A DNA stretch of 64,000 nucleotides from NCBI GenBank assembly GCA_002269645.1, contig NIVC01000380.1, positions 248,001 to 312,000 on the forward strand, read 5' to 3'. The notes beneath the pieces are model-generated. The model searched no databases. It was not told the DNA's origin and saw only the letters and a list, made by a program, of their open reading frames with translations. Shown one piece after another: positions 23,073 through 43,479 of the stretch; the first letter of the stretch is position 1; each line of letters starts with the position of its first letter. A program made the translations under genes and the position numbers. The stretch is from Macrostomum lignano (lineage: Eukaryota).

Positions 23073-25351
23073 ATGGCCTTTATCACGACTATGGATAATA
23101 AAGCTATATCTAGTGACGGGGACCCTTCTAAACCCCAACCTCAGTCCGAAGGACCGGCCGGCCCTGCTGGCAGATCCCAACCGACTGATGCAACTGTGGC
23201 AAAGGAAGGACCGGCTGGCTCTGCTGGCAGATCCGACCAGAGCTACCAAACTCAAAATACCCAAAGACCTGCTAGATCTGCTGGTGGATCTAAGGGAACC
23301 GCGAGCTCTGAGCCTAAAAGACTGGCCAAATCTGGCAGATCCGACGAAGCTCAACGAGCTCCGCTTGAGCGCAAACGCGCTAAGCAACGCGCCAAGCGGC
23401 AGGTCAAGAAGGAAGCTGCGGGGGCAAAGCGGCGGCGCCCACCATGGATGCTGAAGCGACTGGCGTCCCAAGGCAACCAGACGGGCCGGCCGGTGTAAGC
23501 TCCGATAGTTTAGCGGCGGCGCTCCCTGGAGATGCTGCCGCGGCTGCTGAGGCCGAAACCACGGCGCAACAAATGGCTGTAGAGATCTCCAAACACAATA
23601 GCCTACTAAAAGTAGTAACATAAAATTATGAATTCAAAATTAAAAATAGCTACACGTCATACTCTATTTTTAGTAATACAAGTAAACGGTTTTCGACATC
23701 CATTTTCAGAACTTCCAAATATGGTAAATGTGACCCAAGTCTCACCATTTTCTATTCAAAAACCCCACCTGTCAAATAATAAAATTCCTTTCGTGAACTC
23801 ATTAAAAAACCGGTTTTGAGCTCAAGGTCGACTCAAGGCCGACAAACTGTGTATAAATACAAACGCGAAATCCGAGCTTAAATCTCAGACTCGGAGCAGC
23901 CTCTAAAGATCTTGGAGCTTGCAAGAGCAGCCAAACGAGGCTATTCTCTGAGGAAGAGATAAACACCAATTGGTAAGCTTTGTTCAAGACTTCGTTATTT
24001 TGATTATTGAGAGCGATTGTTACTGCCGGCCGTTACTGTTCAGTTGATTTTATTGAGTCTATTGAGTTTGAGGCCTCCCATTTTCCTAAGGGATTGGATA
24101 GGATCTGCGGACCGATTCCGATACCCTTAGAGGATTATCGATTGATTGATTTTGGTTATCCTAGATTAACCGATAGGAGTACACTACTCCGATTCCGTTA
24201 GTTCTAGAAGAAGACGCCCTTTTGGAGGACCTCGCGTTATTATAGAAGTTGATTTTGTTATTAGGGCGCATCGTTGATATTGATTTCGGCACTCGAGGAA
24301 ATACTGCGACGTCGATTTTATTGTTACGCTCTCACTTTCGGCCGATTCTAGACTTCAAGAAGATTCCTCCGGAGAAGAAGATAGGAAGAAGCAAGTTCTA
24401 CACACGCGCGCAACAAAGAAGAAGAAACAAGGAACGAGCTCGGAGAACCTGCCCGACGAAGAAGAGGAGCCCGCAACAGCAAGTGCACTACAATTTTGTT
24501 CCCAGGCTTAGGGTCCGGAAGTGGGAGTTCGAGCGTTTATACACTAGACCTAATTCTCTCTCTCTCTCTCTAGTATGCTAAAGCGAACTCTTCATGGCCA
24601 CTGCCAACAAGCCAACAAGGAGTTTCCTTCGGGAGCTACCTTTGCGGCGAAGGCCAAGGCCAGAATCCCGGGAGTGATTATTCAAGGTCGCGACCAGGAC
24701 TGGACCACTTTTCAGCTTCAAAAAGTGTGGAGTGCTATTGATTCCTATCTGATTGGGCTGACTGTCGAGGAGGGAATCTCCATCGGCATTGAGCGGATGG
24801 TGCTGCGAAGCACATTCGTTCTTATTGCTCCTAGCAGTGAGGAGGACTCTCAGAAGTTGCTCCAGCGGCTGCCGACGGTCTTCTTGGATGCTGACCTCGG
24901 CGGAGCCCTTTTTCTTCGCGAAGGCCAGCGTCCAAAGACAATACCCTACGTGGTTTTTGTCCCTGCCAAGAGCACCGTAGCTGGACCAGACGTTGTCCGA
25001 CGGGTCCTACTGCGCCTGAATCCCGATCTCCCTGCTAGTGGACTGGTGTATCACCGCAAGGTCCGCAGGGGGGAAACGGGCAATTCAATCGTCTTCGGCC
25101 TTTCCAACGCTTGGGCGAGTCGGTACCCTAATGGATCTTCTTTCCAGCTGGGTGCCCTCAAGCTCAAGCTGCGCCGAGGAAAATCTGCCAAAGGGAAGGC
25201 TACTGCCAACCCCGGCATCTCCGGCAAGAGCGGGGCGCAGTCTGAGGCCCAAGGAAAGGCGCAAGCCGATCCCAAAGCCGAAGCTGCATCTCGCCCCTAT
25301 GCTAGCAGCAATTCGGCGACTTCGGTGACGGCTCCGGTCAAGCCCCGGTAG
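23073..25351 (+). pseudogene. LINE ORF1, split by a frameshift and a 967-bp insertion
   Basis: Removing 23611-24577 plus one TSD copy restores AVEISKHNSLLKRTLHGHCQ in frame with ORF 24575-25351. Confidence 0.7.
23611..24577. mobile_element. Unclassified 967-bp insertion with 5-bp TSD CTAAA
   Basis: ctaaa at 23606-23610 and 24578-24582. No TIR and no TG..CA ends. Ends in a (CT)n tract. Confidence 0.7.
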
Positions 25352-25642
25352 CCGAACCTGCCAGCAGGATGAGGACGAGGCCGGGTCTTCGGAATCCGAG
25401 CTCTCCTCGGCCACCCTGGTGGGGTCTGAGGGCAAAGATGCAGATGAGAAAACCTCCTCTATCCTGTCATCGGAGCCCGAGGAATCTGCTGGGGGGGGGG
25501 GGGGCTGGTGGGGTGAGGAGACCATGGACGTCGACCAACTCTCATCTCCCAGTCAAGCCCCAACGGCCTGGGACGAGGACGAACTGTTGTCCAAGTCTCC
25601 TTGATGGCCCGGGGTTCGAGCCAATCTTGCATTTAGTACAGT

Positions 25643-28600
25643 ATGGCTAAGCTCAACGCTGTCAAAGGAGCGACATTCTGTCTGCAAATAAATTTACAGC
25701 ATTGCGTATCTGCGTCAGTAAATCTGATGAAGATTGCTGAGCTGTACAGGCCAGGCCTCATTCTGATCCAGGAACCCTGGATGCGCAACGGTAAGTTGCC
25801 CAACATTCCTTCTGGCTACTCTGATTTTTATGTGTGGCCCGGGGAACAGCCGCCCTAGAGCGGCTATCCTCGCTGCCAGCCATCCCCAGGCTTGGCTGAG
25901 GACTGATCTCTCTGATGGAGAGCCCTGTGTCATCCAATCTAATTATCTCTCTCCGCGTACGCGGACACTAAACCTCAGTTCTCGATCACTTGGAGGCGTA
26001 ATATCCGCAACACCGATTGGGCGGCCTATAAGGCTACCCTTGATCTGCATCTCCCGGAACTCACGGACTTACGTTCGATTGAGACCTGCGAAGATGTGGA
26101 CCATACGGCCGAGACGCTGACAGGCTGTATTATTGCAGCCTATGAAGCGGCCTGTCCTGTCCGTGCCTACAAAGGCAAGACTTCGGCGCCGTGGTGGAAC
26201 CCGGAGCTGGGGAAACTCAGGCGGAAGGCCAAAAGCCTTCACCGCCGTGCCATGAAGACCGGAAACCCGGAGGATATGGAGCTTTTCCGGCAAGCCTCCC
26301 GCAACTTCAAATCTGAAGTGCGCAAGGCCAAGGAATGTAAGTGGCGCCAATTCTGCAATGAATTGGATCAAGACAGACCTACTTCTAGGCTTGTCAAGGC
26401 CCTTACAATGGAAAAAATGTCCAAACTAGCCATGTTCAAAAAAGATGATGGCTCTCTTACTAAAGACCCTGAAGAAGTGCTTCAGCATATGCTTAGCACA
26501 TTCTTCCCGAGGGTACCTACTGCTAAACCGGAGCCCAACCATTCAATGGATGGAGCCACCCTAGCGGCGGGCATTGTCACTGAAGACCTAATCGCTCGTG
26601 CGGTCAGAACCTTCAAACCCTTCAAATCTCCTGGACCTGATGGTATCTACCCTGTTCTCCTTCGTGAAGCAGCCAAGATACCCTCGTTCCTGAGACTCAC
26701 CCGCAATCTTATGCCGGCCTCTATCCAGCTGGGATACGTTCCCAAATGCTGGACTGAAGCTCGGGTAGTCTTGATTCCCAAACCTGGGAAGGGTGACTAC
26801 CAAAGCGTCAAGGCCTTCCGGCCTATTAGCTTAACGTCAGCAATGCTTAAGCTCACTGAGAGGCTTATTCTCTGGCGGCTGCTGTCCTGCGAGCTGACAG
26901 CGATGCCCCTCAGCAATAATCAGCACGCCTTCCGTACCGGGAGGTCGACTGACAGCGCCCTGCATGCGATTGTCGAGAAGATTGAAAGGGCGGTACTGGG
27001 TGACGGTTACGCTCTGGCTCTCTTTCTTGACATTGTTGGCGCCTTCGACAACGTTATCTTTGAAGCGTTTCAGAGGGCCCTTCAAAATCGCAAAGCTCAT
27101 GCTACCATCATACGGTGGATCATGTACATGATCTCCAACCGTACGGTCACTGCCCAACTTCTTGGGCAAACTGCCTCCACCAGAGTCTGTAAGGGTGGAC
27201 CCCAAGGCGGAGTCCTCACCCCGACGCTCTGGAACCTGGTCATGGACGCTCTTCTGGGCGACTCCCGACCTGATCGGGTATGCTGACGACGTCACTGCCA
27301 TTGTGGCAGGGCCGTCTCCCAGCACGCTCAGGGATCTGATGCAGAGCTTCATCCGCAAAGCAAAATCCTGGGCCAATGACAATGGTTTGGAACTCTCTGA
27401 GCCCAAAACTGTTGCCATTATGTTCACCAGTAGAATACGCTGGAACATACAACCTCTGCAGTTATACGGCAGAGATATTGCCTTCGCGCATCAGACCAGA
27501 TGTCTCGGGGTCATACTAGACCACCGGCTCAACTGGTCCTTCCACGTGAAAGCGAAAGCCAAGCGTGCCTCAGCCATCCTGGCCCAGCTCCGACGAGCAA
27601 TTGGCACTTCTTGGGGTCTATCCCCAAAGCGGCTTTGGTGGATCTACACTTCCCTAGTTAGACCTGCCATTACGTACGCCTCTGTTGTCTGGGTGCTATC
27701 CAGGTCAAAAGCCATGCAGATTTGCTCAACACGATCCAGGGCAGAGCGTGTAGGCTCATCTGCAATGCCACTAGGTCCACGCCCTTTGCCGGTATGGGGG
27801 CCTTCATTAATCTACCGCCTCTCGATCTCTTCGTCAGGGGTGAGGCGGCTAGAACGACGCGGCGTCTGCTAGCTGCCGGCGTCAAATTCCTATACATGAG
27901 GGCACCTGCTAAGCGGAACCTCGTCCCGCATAGCGACCTGTGCCTCAATATTCTCAACGAGTGTCAGGCCAATAGCGTTTTCACCGATGGCATTGCCTCA
28001 ACGCTCAACCTGAGAAAACGCTACTCTGTAGTTATCGACTCGCGCGATACCATCAATGACCACTGGAACCCTGGTGAGCTTCACTGCTACACCGATGGTT
28101 CTAAGCAGTCAGCCAACACCGGTTTTGGTGTTGGAATCTTTCTGAACGGGAGGGTCATCGCAACCCACGCTCAGTACTCCGGCTCCTCTCTCGGTCCCGA
28201 ACCCTTTGTCCCGATTCCCGGCTGTGTCATCGACTCGCGCACCAAAACGTGGATCAGGACCCAGCACCGCTCGACCTGGGCGAACTGCACTACTTGCAGG
28301 CAATCCAGAGGCGCTGTCCCTTAGCCCTCTCACCAGCTCCGGAACCTCCTCTTGCGCCTCTGGCGTAGAGACATCCGGGCTGCCATGCATCATGACCCTC
28401 TCAGGTCACGGCTGCTTCTCCAGGCACCAGTACCTGCAGGGCAACGCCACCAACGCCATCTGCAGTTTCTGTAACTCAGGTGACGAAACCGCTGAACATT
28501 TCGTCAGCATCTGTCCCGCCTTTACGCGAGCCAGACTCACTTACCTGATCGGGCCACACACATCTATAACTGAAGCGTGCAAACCCGAAAACTTTAATCA

Positions 28601-28715
28601 GCTCATGCGCTACCTCCGGGCAACACGCAGGGCTGAACTCTCCTTTCTAGAGAGCACCATAGCTGCTGGTGACACTGGGGGACCTCCCTGGGCGGCGCCA
28701 ACCCTTTGTCCATAG
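25643..28715 (+). pseudogene. LINE ORF2 (endonuclease / reverse transcriptase / RNase H), frameshifted
   Basis: ORF pieces 25643-25858, 26096-27286, 27162-27872, 27722-28324 and 28206-28715 carry consecutive domains. Confidence 0.9.
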
Positions 28716-29484
28716 CGACGCGTCGGCCGTTCAGGGATTAGCGGAATGGGCGTCCGCGCCTTCCCGCTGTGTCCCCTCTAAGACAGCCCTGCAGCTAAGT
28801 CAAGTAATTGTCAAGTAATAAAATATTTTCTTAATTTTTCAAGAAAGTGAAGTTCCATTCCCGTTGAAATGCATGTAGAAATTAACAGGATTCCATCCCG
28901 ATCCCAACTGATTCTGAACCTAAAAGTAATTCGAATTATCGACGGAATTTAAATAATTGGGCCTGTAGGTTTGGAACAAGTAAATCCACATTCAAATCAT
29001 AGTTCTGTCGTGTAGTGACTGGAAAATATTAGTTTAGTTAAACAGTGAAGGTATTTGACATATTTGATAGATTATTTTCTTAGCGTATTTTTCGTATATT
29101 TCTGCTGTCAAACAGAGAGTATCAAATAAAAGTTCAGTATAATTTACGCTTAGGTAAATTGAATCTAATTTTTCGATTTGTCCGTTTGTATACGGTATTT
29201 TAAGTACATATAAATATAATTAGACTGGAGCGGTCTAAAAGCTCATTAACTTCTCAACACAACTACATTGCGTCATCAAGGGGCACAAGCGCAACAAGAA
29301 TAGATTGGCATTAAAACCACAGCTAGCCATCTCACCTCCTCGACTTATGAATTCCAAAGGAAGAAAATATATGGATGCATTTTGTTCGAGGTGCGCTCAC
29401 AAGTTTAACTCGTATCAAGCTATTCTTTAATGAAATGCTACCGGAGATCCGCAGTCAAGCAAAGTTCGAGCGAAATGTCTATAT

Positions 29485-29547
29485 GTATATACGGAATATA
29501 TATATGTATATATATATACATATATATTCTATATGTATATCTATATG

Positions 29548-29578
<31 letters not shown>

Positions 29579-29582
29579 GTAA
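29485..29582. repeat. (TA)n microsatellite
   Basis: Direct observation. Confidence 0.95.
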
Positions 29583-31005
29583 GAGTAAAAAAGACGGTAA
29601 AAATATTTTCATTCTTTATATATTCTTTATATGATTCTTTATTCTTCGTATTCTGTTTGTTCTTTAATCATACTTATTGATGCATCGATTTTTAGTAAGT
29701 ATTTTTTAGTCTCCCATGATGTTCTAAGCCGTTTGTGTAGGTAATGTACATGTACTTCAGTACAGTAGTAAGGTGCAAGTGTATAGCTACATGTATTTTC
29801 ACAATACATTAAGTGAGCTGCGTTATCGTCAATATTGCAACTATTTTTATTATACCTATTGAAAAAATATTCGTCACCCTCAAAATTCTTTTTTGAGAAG
29901 AGAAGGAAGAATTAGGCCTAACTCGCTGAATTTAAAAACAAAAGTAACGGTTTTTATAAGTCACATAAACAAATCAACCACAAAGGTGACTCTAAGGCAG
30001 TACAAGTTATGTTTCTTTTTCAACCGCAATAAAATAGAAAAAACTATTATTACTATGATAGGCATGGTACAGGCTTCGAAAATTATTTAATTTTGCTATT
30101 TAAAAGTTGCATTTTTATTGTAGTCAGAGCCTATACGCAATCTAAATATTCGCGTTCTCATAGCCATCGGTCTCACAATACTCTAAGTAATTCAGTATCA
30201 TAAGCCAAACCAATACCATAATGCCATTATAGAAGTCAAAAGTACACGTTAATTTTTTACCTTTAAGAGCACGCAACATTTATCATAATCAGATTTAGTG
30301 TAAATGATTCATCCATATATTTATTGTATTATCACTGTTATCTAATTGGACTAATAAATTTCCTCTTAGTGAATTTGTTTTTTAACTTATTTTAATAATT
30401 TTTCGACTTGTTTAATAATTCAGATTTACTAGGCCTACGATAAACAAATGTTTAAAAAATAGAGATAAAACTTTTACCCCAGTCTATTATCATTCTTTGT
30501 TAGGATACTATAATTTTTGATACATTTTCTCAATTTTTCTAACTTATTCCAATGAAAAAAGCCTAAGCTTAGAAAGCTCTATTTGAAGCAAAAATGGAAT
30601 TTATAAAGTATAATTGTTTTTGGCCTAGACTTACTCCTATATTGCAACATTTTATAATTCTTAAGTTAAAAGCTAAAATCCTAGATTGATATCTAGACTA
30701 AAAATTTTCTTAAAAGTAATACTTGTTGCTTTTTGTTATAGTTATGGAAAGCCCATTTTATTTGTGTTTTATTTGTTTGGATTAACAAGCTGGTTGCTTC
30801 TAATGACAAACATGACAATTTGTTACTTTTCTATGGATTTTTACTGCTATAGTGCTATTTTTTATCTTTGTAATTAGAAATATTACAAAATACAAAATAG
30901 ACTATCAAGGATAAGTTTTCAAGTTTACACAAATAAATTATTAATTTAATTAATAACAAAGATTTAGGCCTATAGTACTTGTTCTTATTTTTATAAATTA
31001 GTAAA

Positions 31006-31783
31006 AATATAGTATTTTTGCAGCCCATTTGGGCCTACGCGCATTTAATTTAATCCAAGATACTTACATTTTTGATACTTACATTTGCCAGTGTAACAGA
31101 GCTTTTGTCTATGGTAGCAAGGCTGGTGCAGCAGCATTTAATTTGGTCCAAAAAGCATCAATTTGGTCCAAACACTCGTGAGCCATTGGACAAACTCTTG
31201 CCTTCTCTCAACTGTCTGCAGGTTGTTGTGCACCACTGGAATGTCAGTGTCTCTACCAAAAGTTTTCAATTGCTTTTCCAGAGCTCTGCTGATAGTCAAA
31301 TCCGATAACCAACTGGAGCTGTTCCCTCAACTTCTGCTGCATTTTCTGAAACGTCAACAAAGGGTTCGTCTCAACTGCATCGAGTAGCAGTTGGATCTGA
31401 GGCTCTTGAGCAACTTTCCTTGGCGATTGCCACCCTTTTGCAGGCAATCTCTGCCGGTAGAGTTTCAACGCGCTGCTGGATGCTGTAAACCACCTTTTCT
31501 TTTACATTCAGCAACCTTGCAATGTCCATTGGGTGTTCACCTCTGTCGAGTGCTTTGATCACAAGCCAATGACATTCATTCAACAGCCTAGCATATGGTT
31601 GACAATTCTGGGACTGAGCTGCAAATGAACTAAATGGACCAAATTGATGCTTGTTGGACCAAATTAAATGCCGCTGTGCCAGCCTTGCTACCATAGACAA
31701 AAGCTCTGTTACATTGGCAAACGTATCTTGGATTAAATTCAATGCGCGTAAGCCCAAATGGGCTGCAGAAAGCTATATTTTAT
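31006..31783 (-). mobile_element. Internally deleted Tc1/mariner-like element with ~150-bp TIRs
   Basis: ~31006-31170 is the reverse complement of ~31635-31783. The interior encodes HTH-like pieces (WLVIKALDRGEHPMDIARLLNVKEKVVYSI...; LLDAVETNPLLTFQKMQQKL). No DDE domain. Confidence 0.75.
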
Positions 31784-32360
31784 TGTGTACTCTATTATAT
31801 GCAGTCATACACGGCCTTCAAATGTGTCATACAATAGCTGCATCTGAGCTGTTGGTTGCATATCTAGCCTACTTTGGGTAAAAGTTTTTGCTTAATACTA
31901 AATTTAACACTGCAATCAGCTATTAAATTTTGATTAAAATATGTTTTTATCAACTTGGTAACATTTAATTTATGTTGTATAACTAACTAATGTTATGAAT
32001 TTTTTGCTTTTTTTCTGCCAATTAATAGTTGTCTATATTTACCTCATTTTGATATTGTTGTCATTGACATTATCTTTTAAAGTACTTTTAAAGTACAACA
32101 AAAATGTTGTGAAATCAAACATAGCTAGACAGAATAAATGTCAAAAATAACAAAATTTGCCTTAAAAACTTATTTCCTAATACTGTTTGTTTTCACAACA
32201 TTTTTGTCAAAAACAAAAAAATTGCAAACCTTTTTTTGTATGAGAGTTCACAGGTTGTACAGGTTGTGTCAGCTTTTCACATTATTTTTTAATATCATGA
32301 ATTCAAATTTTAAAAACTCTAAGTCCTTGTTTATAAAAATACCTCAACACGCATTTCCAG

Positions 32361-38811
<6,451 letters not shown>

Positions 38812-39054
38812 ATTGAGCCGCGCACTGGATTATATTACCCTTACAGACTGAGAAGATATGTAACTTTATAACGTAAGACTTAATACAGGTCCCATGATTT
38901 ATCAAAGAGCAGGCTGGCTGAGCTGTTGCTAACTGCGGTTCTTCAATCCCAGTGGTCGAGGGCAAAGTGCGGCTAGAGCGAAGCCTCTCTCCATCCGGCC
39001 ATCGGCTCCTTTGAAACCATTACGAGCTGTAGGCTGTGGCGATCCGGGCCGCTT

Positions 39055-39400
39055 CTTGTGTCTCTTCTCAGCTCCCTCTTCTCTTTTCTCTCTCCTCTTC
39101 TCTCCCCCTCTTCTGTCCTCTTCTCTCTTCTCTCCTCCTCTCTTCTCCCCTCTCTCCCTTCTCCCCTCTTCTCTCCTCTTCCATTTCTCTCCTCTCTTCT
39201 CTCCTCTCCCCTCTTCTCTCCTTTCTCCCTCACCTCTCTTCTCCTCTTCTCTCCCCTCTCCCCCTCTTCTCTCCTCTCCTCTCCCCTCTCCCCCTCTTCT
39301 CTCCTCGTCTCTCCCCTCCCCCCTCTCTTCTCCCCTCTTCTTCCCTCTTCTCTCCCCTCTCCCCCTCTCGTCTCCCCTCTCTTCTCCTCTCTCTCCTCTC
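39055..39400. repeat. CT-rich low-complexity tract
   Basis: Direct observation. The overlapping ORFs are artefacts. Confidence 0.95.
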
Positions 39401-42400
39401 CCACCTGGCCTCAGCCATGAGCTGGATTCTACAAGTAAAATGGTTTGCCAACCCCTGCTCCAATCGGTATCTCCATCAATACCCACATCGGAACTATGAA
39501 GCTGTGTTAGTACTTAATCAGGTTTACTCTGCATCGGTTGGTTTGAAAAATCCTTATATAAACTAACTCTTGGTGTTTACGAGAAGCGGTTGCAGAATCT
39601 CTCTCTTGTTGCTTTTATTATAATATTATTAGTTACTAGTTCTAACTAAAATTAAACTTTAAGCACCGCGAAGTGTGCTTGTTGGATACAATCTTATTCA
39701 TTTTTATTTGCATACGCTGCGTGCAATAATTCAGCTTTGTGTTGGCCATGTTTTTAACAAATGCTTTTTTACTGCTTTTCATTTTTACACTAATTTTTAA
39801 CTATTAATAAAAGTTATAACATACTTTAGCTCGTATATTGTTGCTTTAGATGGTGTTGTACATTACTTGCTGAATGTCTCACATCTTATCTCCGTCTCGA
39901 ATCTCTCTCATCTCCGTGTCTAGCATCCCATCTCTGTCTCTAATGTCTCTCATATGTCTCAAATCTCTCTCATCTCCGTGTCTAACATCTAATCTCCCTC
40001 TCTAATCTCTAATCTCACATCTCATATCTGTCTACTGCCAGCTGTCATCTGTTATTTGGGAATGGCTTTAGCGCACCTAAGAATGCCTAGTTGCTGATGC
40101 AGTCTAGCGTGTTGTGATCTTGTGGACTAACAGTCGTACATTTTTATTGTGACATCATTTACAACAGGAGATATTAACGGTTGCACGACATTTCTCTTGT
40201 TTTTTTTAAAATTTATTAGTTGCTTGCAAATTTTTAATCGCTTTAGCAGTGCCGTATGTGTTTTACAATTCTACTTTTCTTTAACTTGATCAATCAATAA
40301 TAGTGATGATTTTGTACATATGCATATTGCTAGCTAGCACTTGCAATTAAACTCTCTTAGTCGAGAACTTTTATTGTGTTTAATGAGCCAGTTATTTAAT
40401 TGGTTTGCGGTAGCGTCACTTTGTTGGCGAATTATTTTAATTGTTGTTTTATAGCTTTATTACACAGTGCACACACTATCCGATTATTTATGATTTTATT
40501 ACATGCCTGCGGAATATCCTTTACAATCTTTATAGAACGTTTTAAGTCGCTTTATTTAAAGCTTGTGATTAGTTTCTCTGCTTTTTATAGCAATCGCTCT
40601 AGTCAACTCATTTTTACGATGTAATTCTTAATTAATAATAATAAATGAATATTTGTTAATTAAATCGGTCGCACTATTTTTGATGCTTTATTGTGTATTT
40701 ATAACACCTTTATGCTTAGAATCTCTCGGACAATAATTTTCGGTGTACTTGTAATACAACATTTTTATAGTTACTGTAATTTGTGCAATTAAACGGTTAA
40801 TTTGAAGCTTTATAACAATCGTTAATTAGGGTTAATGTATTGTTAACTAAAATAACTATAATCGTTAATAAAAGCTAGTTTAGGCGTTAACTATGATATG
40901 TTTAATCGCTAAATGAAGGTTAGATAGCTTTTCTGTATTTCTGGTTTGTTTTGATTTATAACTAAGCACTGACACATAGTTTACTGGTTTTACGTGTATT
41001 TAATTTTTTTAATATACTAAAAATGTAACAGTCTTTACACTTATCAATGTGAATTCCCCTTTTCTCTGTCACAAACCACAGTATTAACTGTCCTTGACAA
41101 ATTAATGAAATACCCCTTCAATTTTAGGCGGGCACCTATATGCTTTTTTATATGTTTCGCTTTTATCAGATTGTGTGTTGTGCAACCCGTCTAACTATAA
41201 TTGATTTGATTTCTGTCTCTGTGTCGAATTTTTGTTTTTCATTTTTAGTTAAGAACAATATTGGTTCTACACAGAAGTTCTGTATAAGTTAATTTAATGT
41301 TACTATTATGAGAACATTAGATAGATTTATTTATGGTCATCATGTGTGTACGAGGTATACAAACATGTACATATATATAGACACTTTCAAGAAATTATAA
41401 ATTTTTATAGCGTCTCTTAGTACAATAAAAATAAACTCTACAGGATTGAACGAAATTTGTTCTGGTTTAATGACCTCCCTACCTGACACTTCGAATTATA
41501 ACTGTACCCTTTGATTTCAGTCTTGTATTTGACTCCTTCAATTTACAATAGTGTTAAATTTAAGTTACAAGAATTTCTATACCAGTGGCTTTTCCACCAG
41601 AAAACTAACATTTTGTGATTTTTTTGTTTTTCATGTGTCGCACTGGTATTACCGACGCAAACAGCACGGTATTACAGCATTTTATAGACTTTGGTCATAC
41701 TTAGGTAATACGCTCGGTAGTAATTTTCTTAAAACCAAAATGCAGTCAATTCACCCGCTGTACAAATAGATCCGGCTCATTTCACAACAGTCCTGTTTCA
41801 GAATTACTTTCAAAAGCACAAGCCGGAGAATTTTACTTAAGATAACAATGATAATGAGCTCTCGTAGAATTTTGCCAATAAAAGTGACACAAATTTGTCA
41901 GAGTATTAAAATGTTATGTTTAAACATTCCTTATTCATTTTAAATATGCCATCGTATGCTGAAATTTTATAATATTTTAATTTTCTAAATAGCATATTTA
42001 TTATTATTATTAGTATAACGAAGATTAGTATATCTAGACTAGATGGACAAGCATACAAACCTTAGAGATTTTGTATATTTAGAAGTTAAAGTGTAAAGTG
42101 ACCTGTTTTTACCGGTCTTGTTTAACTGTCTCGGTAGCCCGTAGCAGCTGTAGTTAGTTCGTTTTAAGGATCATTCGAACATATAGTCCAGGCACTGAGG
42201 AAACTGATAGTTAGTATCAAATTAGTATAGGTGGATTTGTTTTGTTCAGCATGCCATCAAAGTATATTATAATCCTTTCTCCATTTCTGTGACGACTGTC
42301 TGTAGTGTACCTACACTACACGTCTACACTGTACTCTGTAGACTTATTGGCAGGCCTAGTTTCAAGTCTGGATGCTTTCTAGTTTCCAACAAGACAAAGA

Positions 42401-43479
42401 CAACCCCCCTGATTTACACTGGCCATGTGACTTACTTTTTGACCAAAAATGCAACTTACCTGTGAAAGAAACCCTAGAGCAACATTAATGCAATTTTGGG
42501 TAAACGGCAAGAGTAACTATGACTGTCTTATAAGGGCTAAATGCCTTGTCATCTAATTAGTACTATGTCTATATTCTTTTAGGTGGGCATTTTTGCAACT
42601 TACCCCTGGTCCACCACAATTTACAGTGGCCAGATCGGCCAAGTCGGCCAGCAGTTGCGCATGTATGGGTCAGGCAGTATTAAATTTTGTGATTTTCTAG
42701 ACTCTAGATCTATACTTTTGAGGTATTTGAGATTCAATTGAGATTTAAGTTTTAAAAATAAACCTAATTAGCATCTAGTAGGCCTAGGCTGAGGCCTATT
42801 TATTCTATTTTACCTATCAATGCTAATAGGCCTATTGCTACTTGTTAAATTGTGACATTGTGTTGTTACTTGTGTACTTTTGTTAAAAAGCTTTTAATTT
42901 ATAAAAAAAACATGAAAATTTTTAAGTGTATCATTTTTTCAAACATGGCTAAATCTCTAGTGACTATTAATGAGTTGATTTTTTGGCACTAATTTGATTT
43001 GTATTGAATTCAATATGTTTATATTGATGTCTAAAATAAGTAGGCCTAATCTAAATGGCAAAATCCAAAAATCAGGGGCAAGTTTTTTGAAATTTTGTTT
43101 TTTGGCGATTCGAAAGCTATAAAGCTATAAAATAAATTCATTTTAGTTAAAAAAAGTTGCAAAAATCTATAAAAGCAGAAATCAATAATGTATTGTTATA
43201 TCTTTATTAAGAAGATTTGTTTAAACAGTAAATTAAATTACGACTAAAATAACTACTAATAAAAATGATAAAAAAGCTCTAATAATGTATTTAATAACTT
43301 TAAGTATTCCTTACTATTAATTTCTATAATTTTACTACACATTTAACATTCTTTTGAGAGTTTATTTGTTTATCATTTTCGTTACTATGACAACATGTAT
43401 TTTGTAGAGTTTGTCTACAATAAATACTGCATTCAATATTGTAGTTTCTTTTTAAGTATACAAATTTCCATAAAGATGA

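Larger units (their letters stand above)
22545..28818 (+). mobile_element. Near full-length, decayed I-group (LOA/R1/Tad1-like) LINE: ORF1 plus APE-RT-RNase H-CCHC ORF2
   Basis: APE motifs QINLQH and IQEPW (25643). RT motifs KSPGPDG, FRPISL, QHAF, FLDIVGAFD, QGGVLTP, GYADD. RNase H CYTDGS. CSFC...EH...C knuckle. 3' tail of tcaagtaa repeats. Frameshifts and internal deletions. 5' boundary approximate. Confidence 0.9.

Noticed and set aside
23612-24573. GT...AG intron within LINE ORF1
   Set aside because: Splicing here shifts the frame into a stop. The TSD-flanked insertion model restores the frame.
38929-39566. E/R/G-rich and S/L/P-rich ORFs
   Set aside because: CT microsatellite translations.
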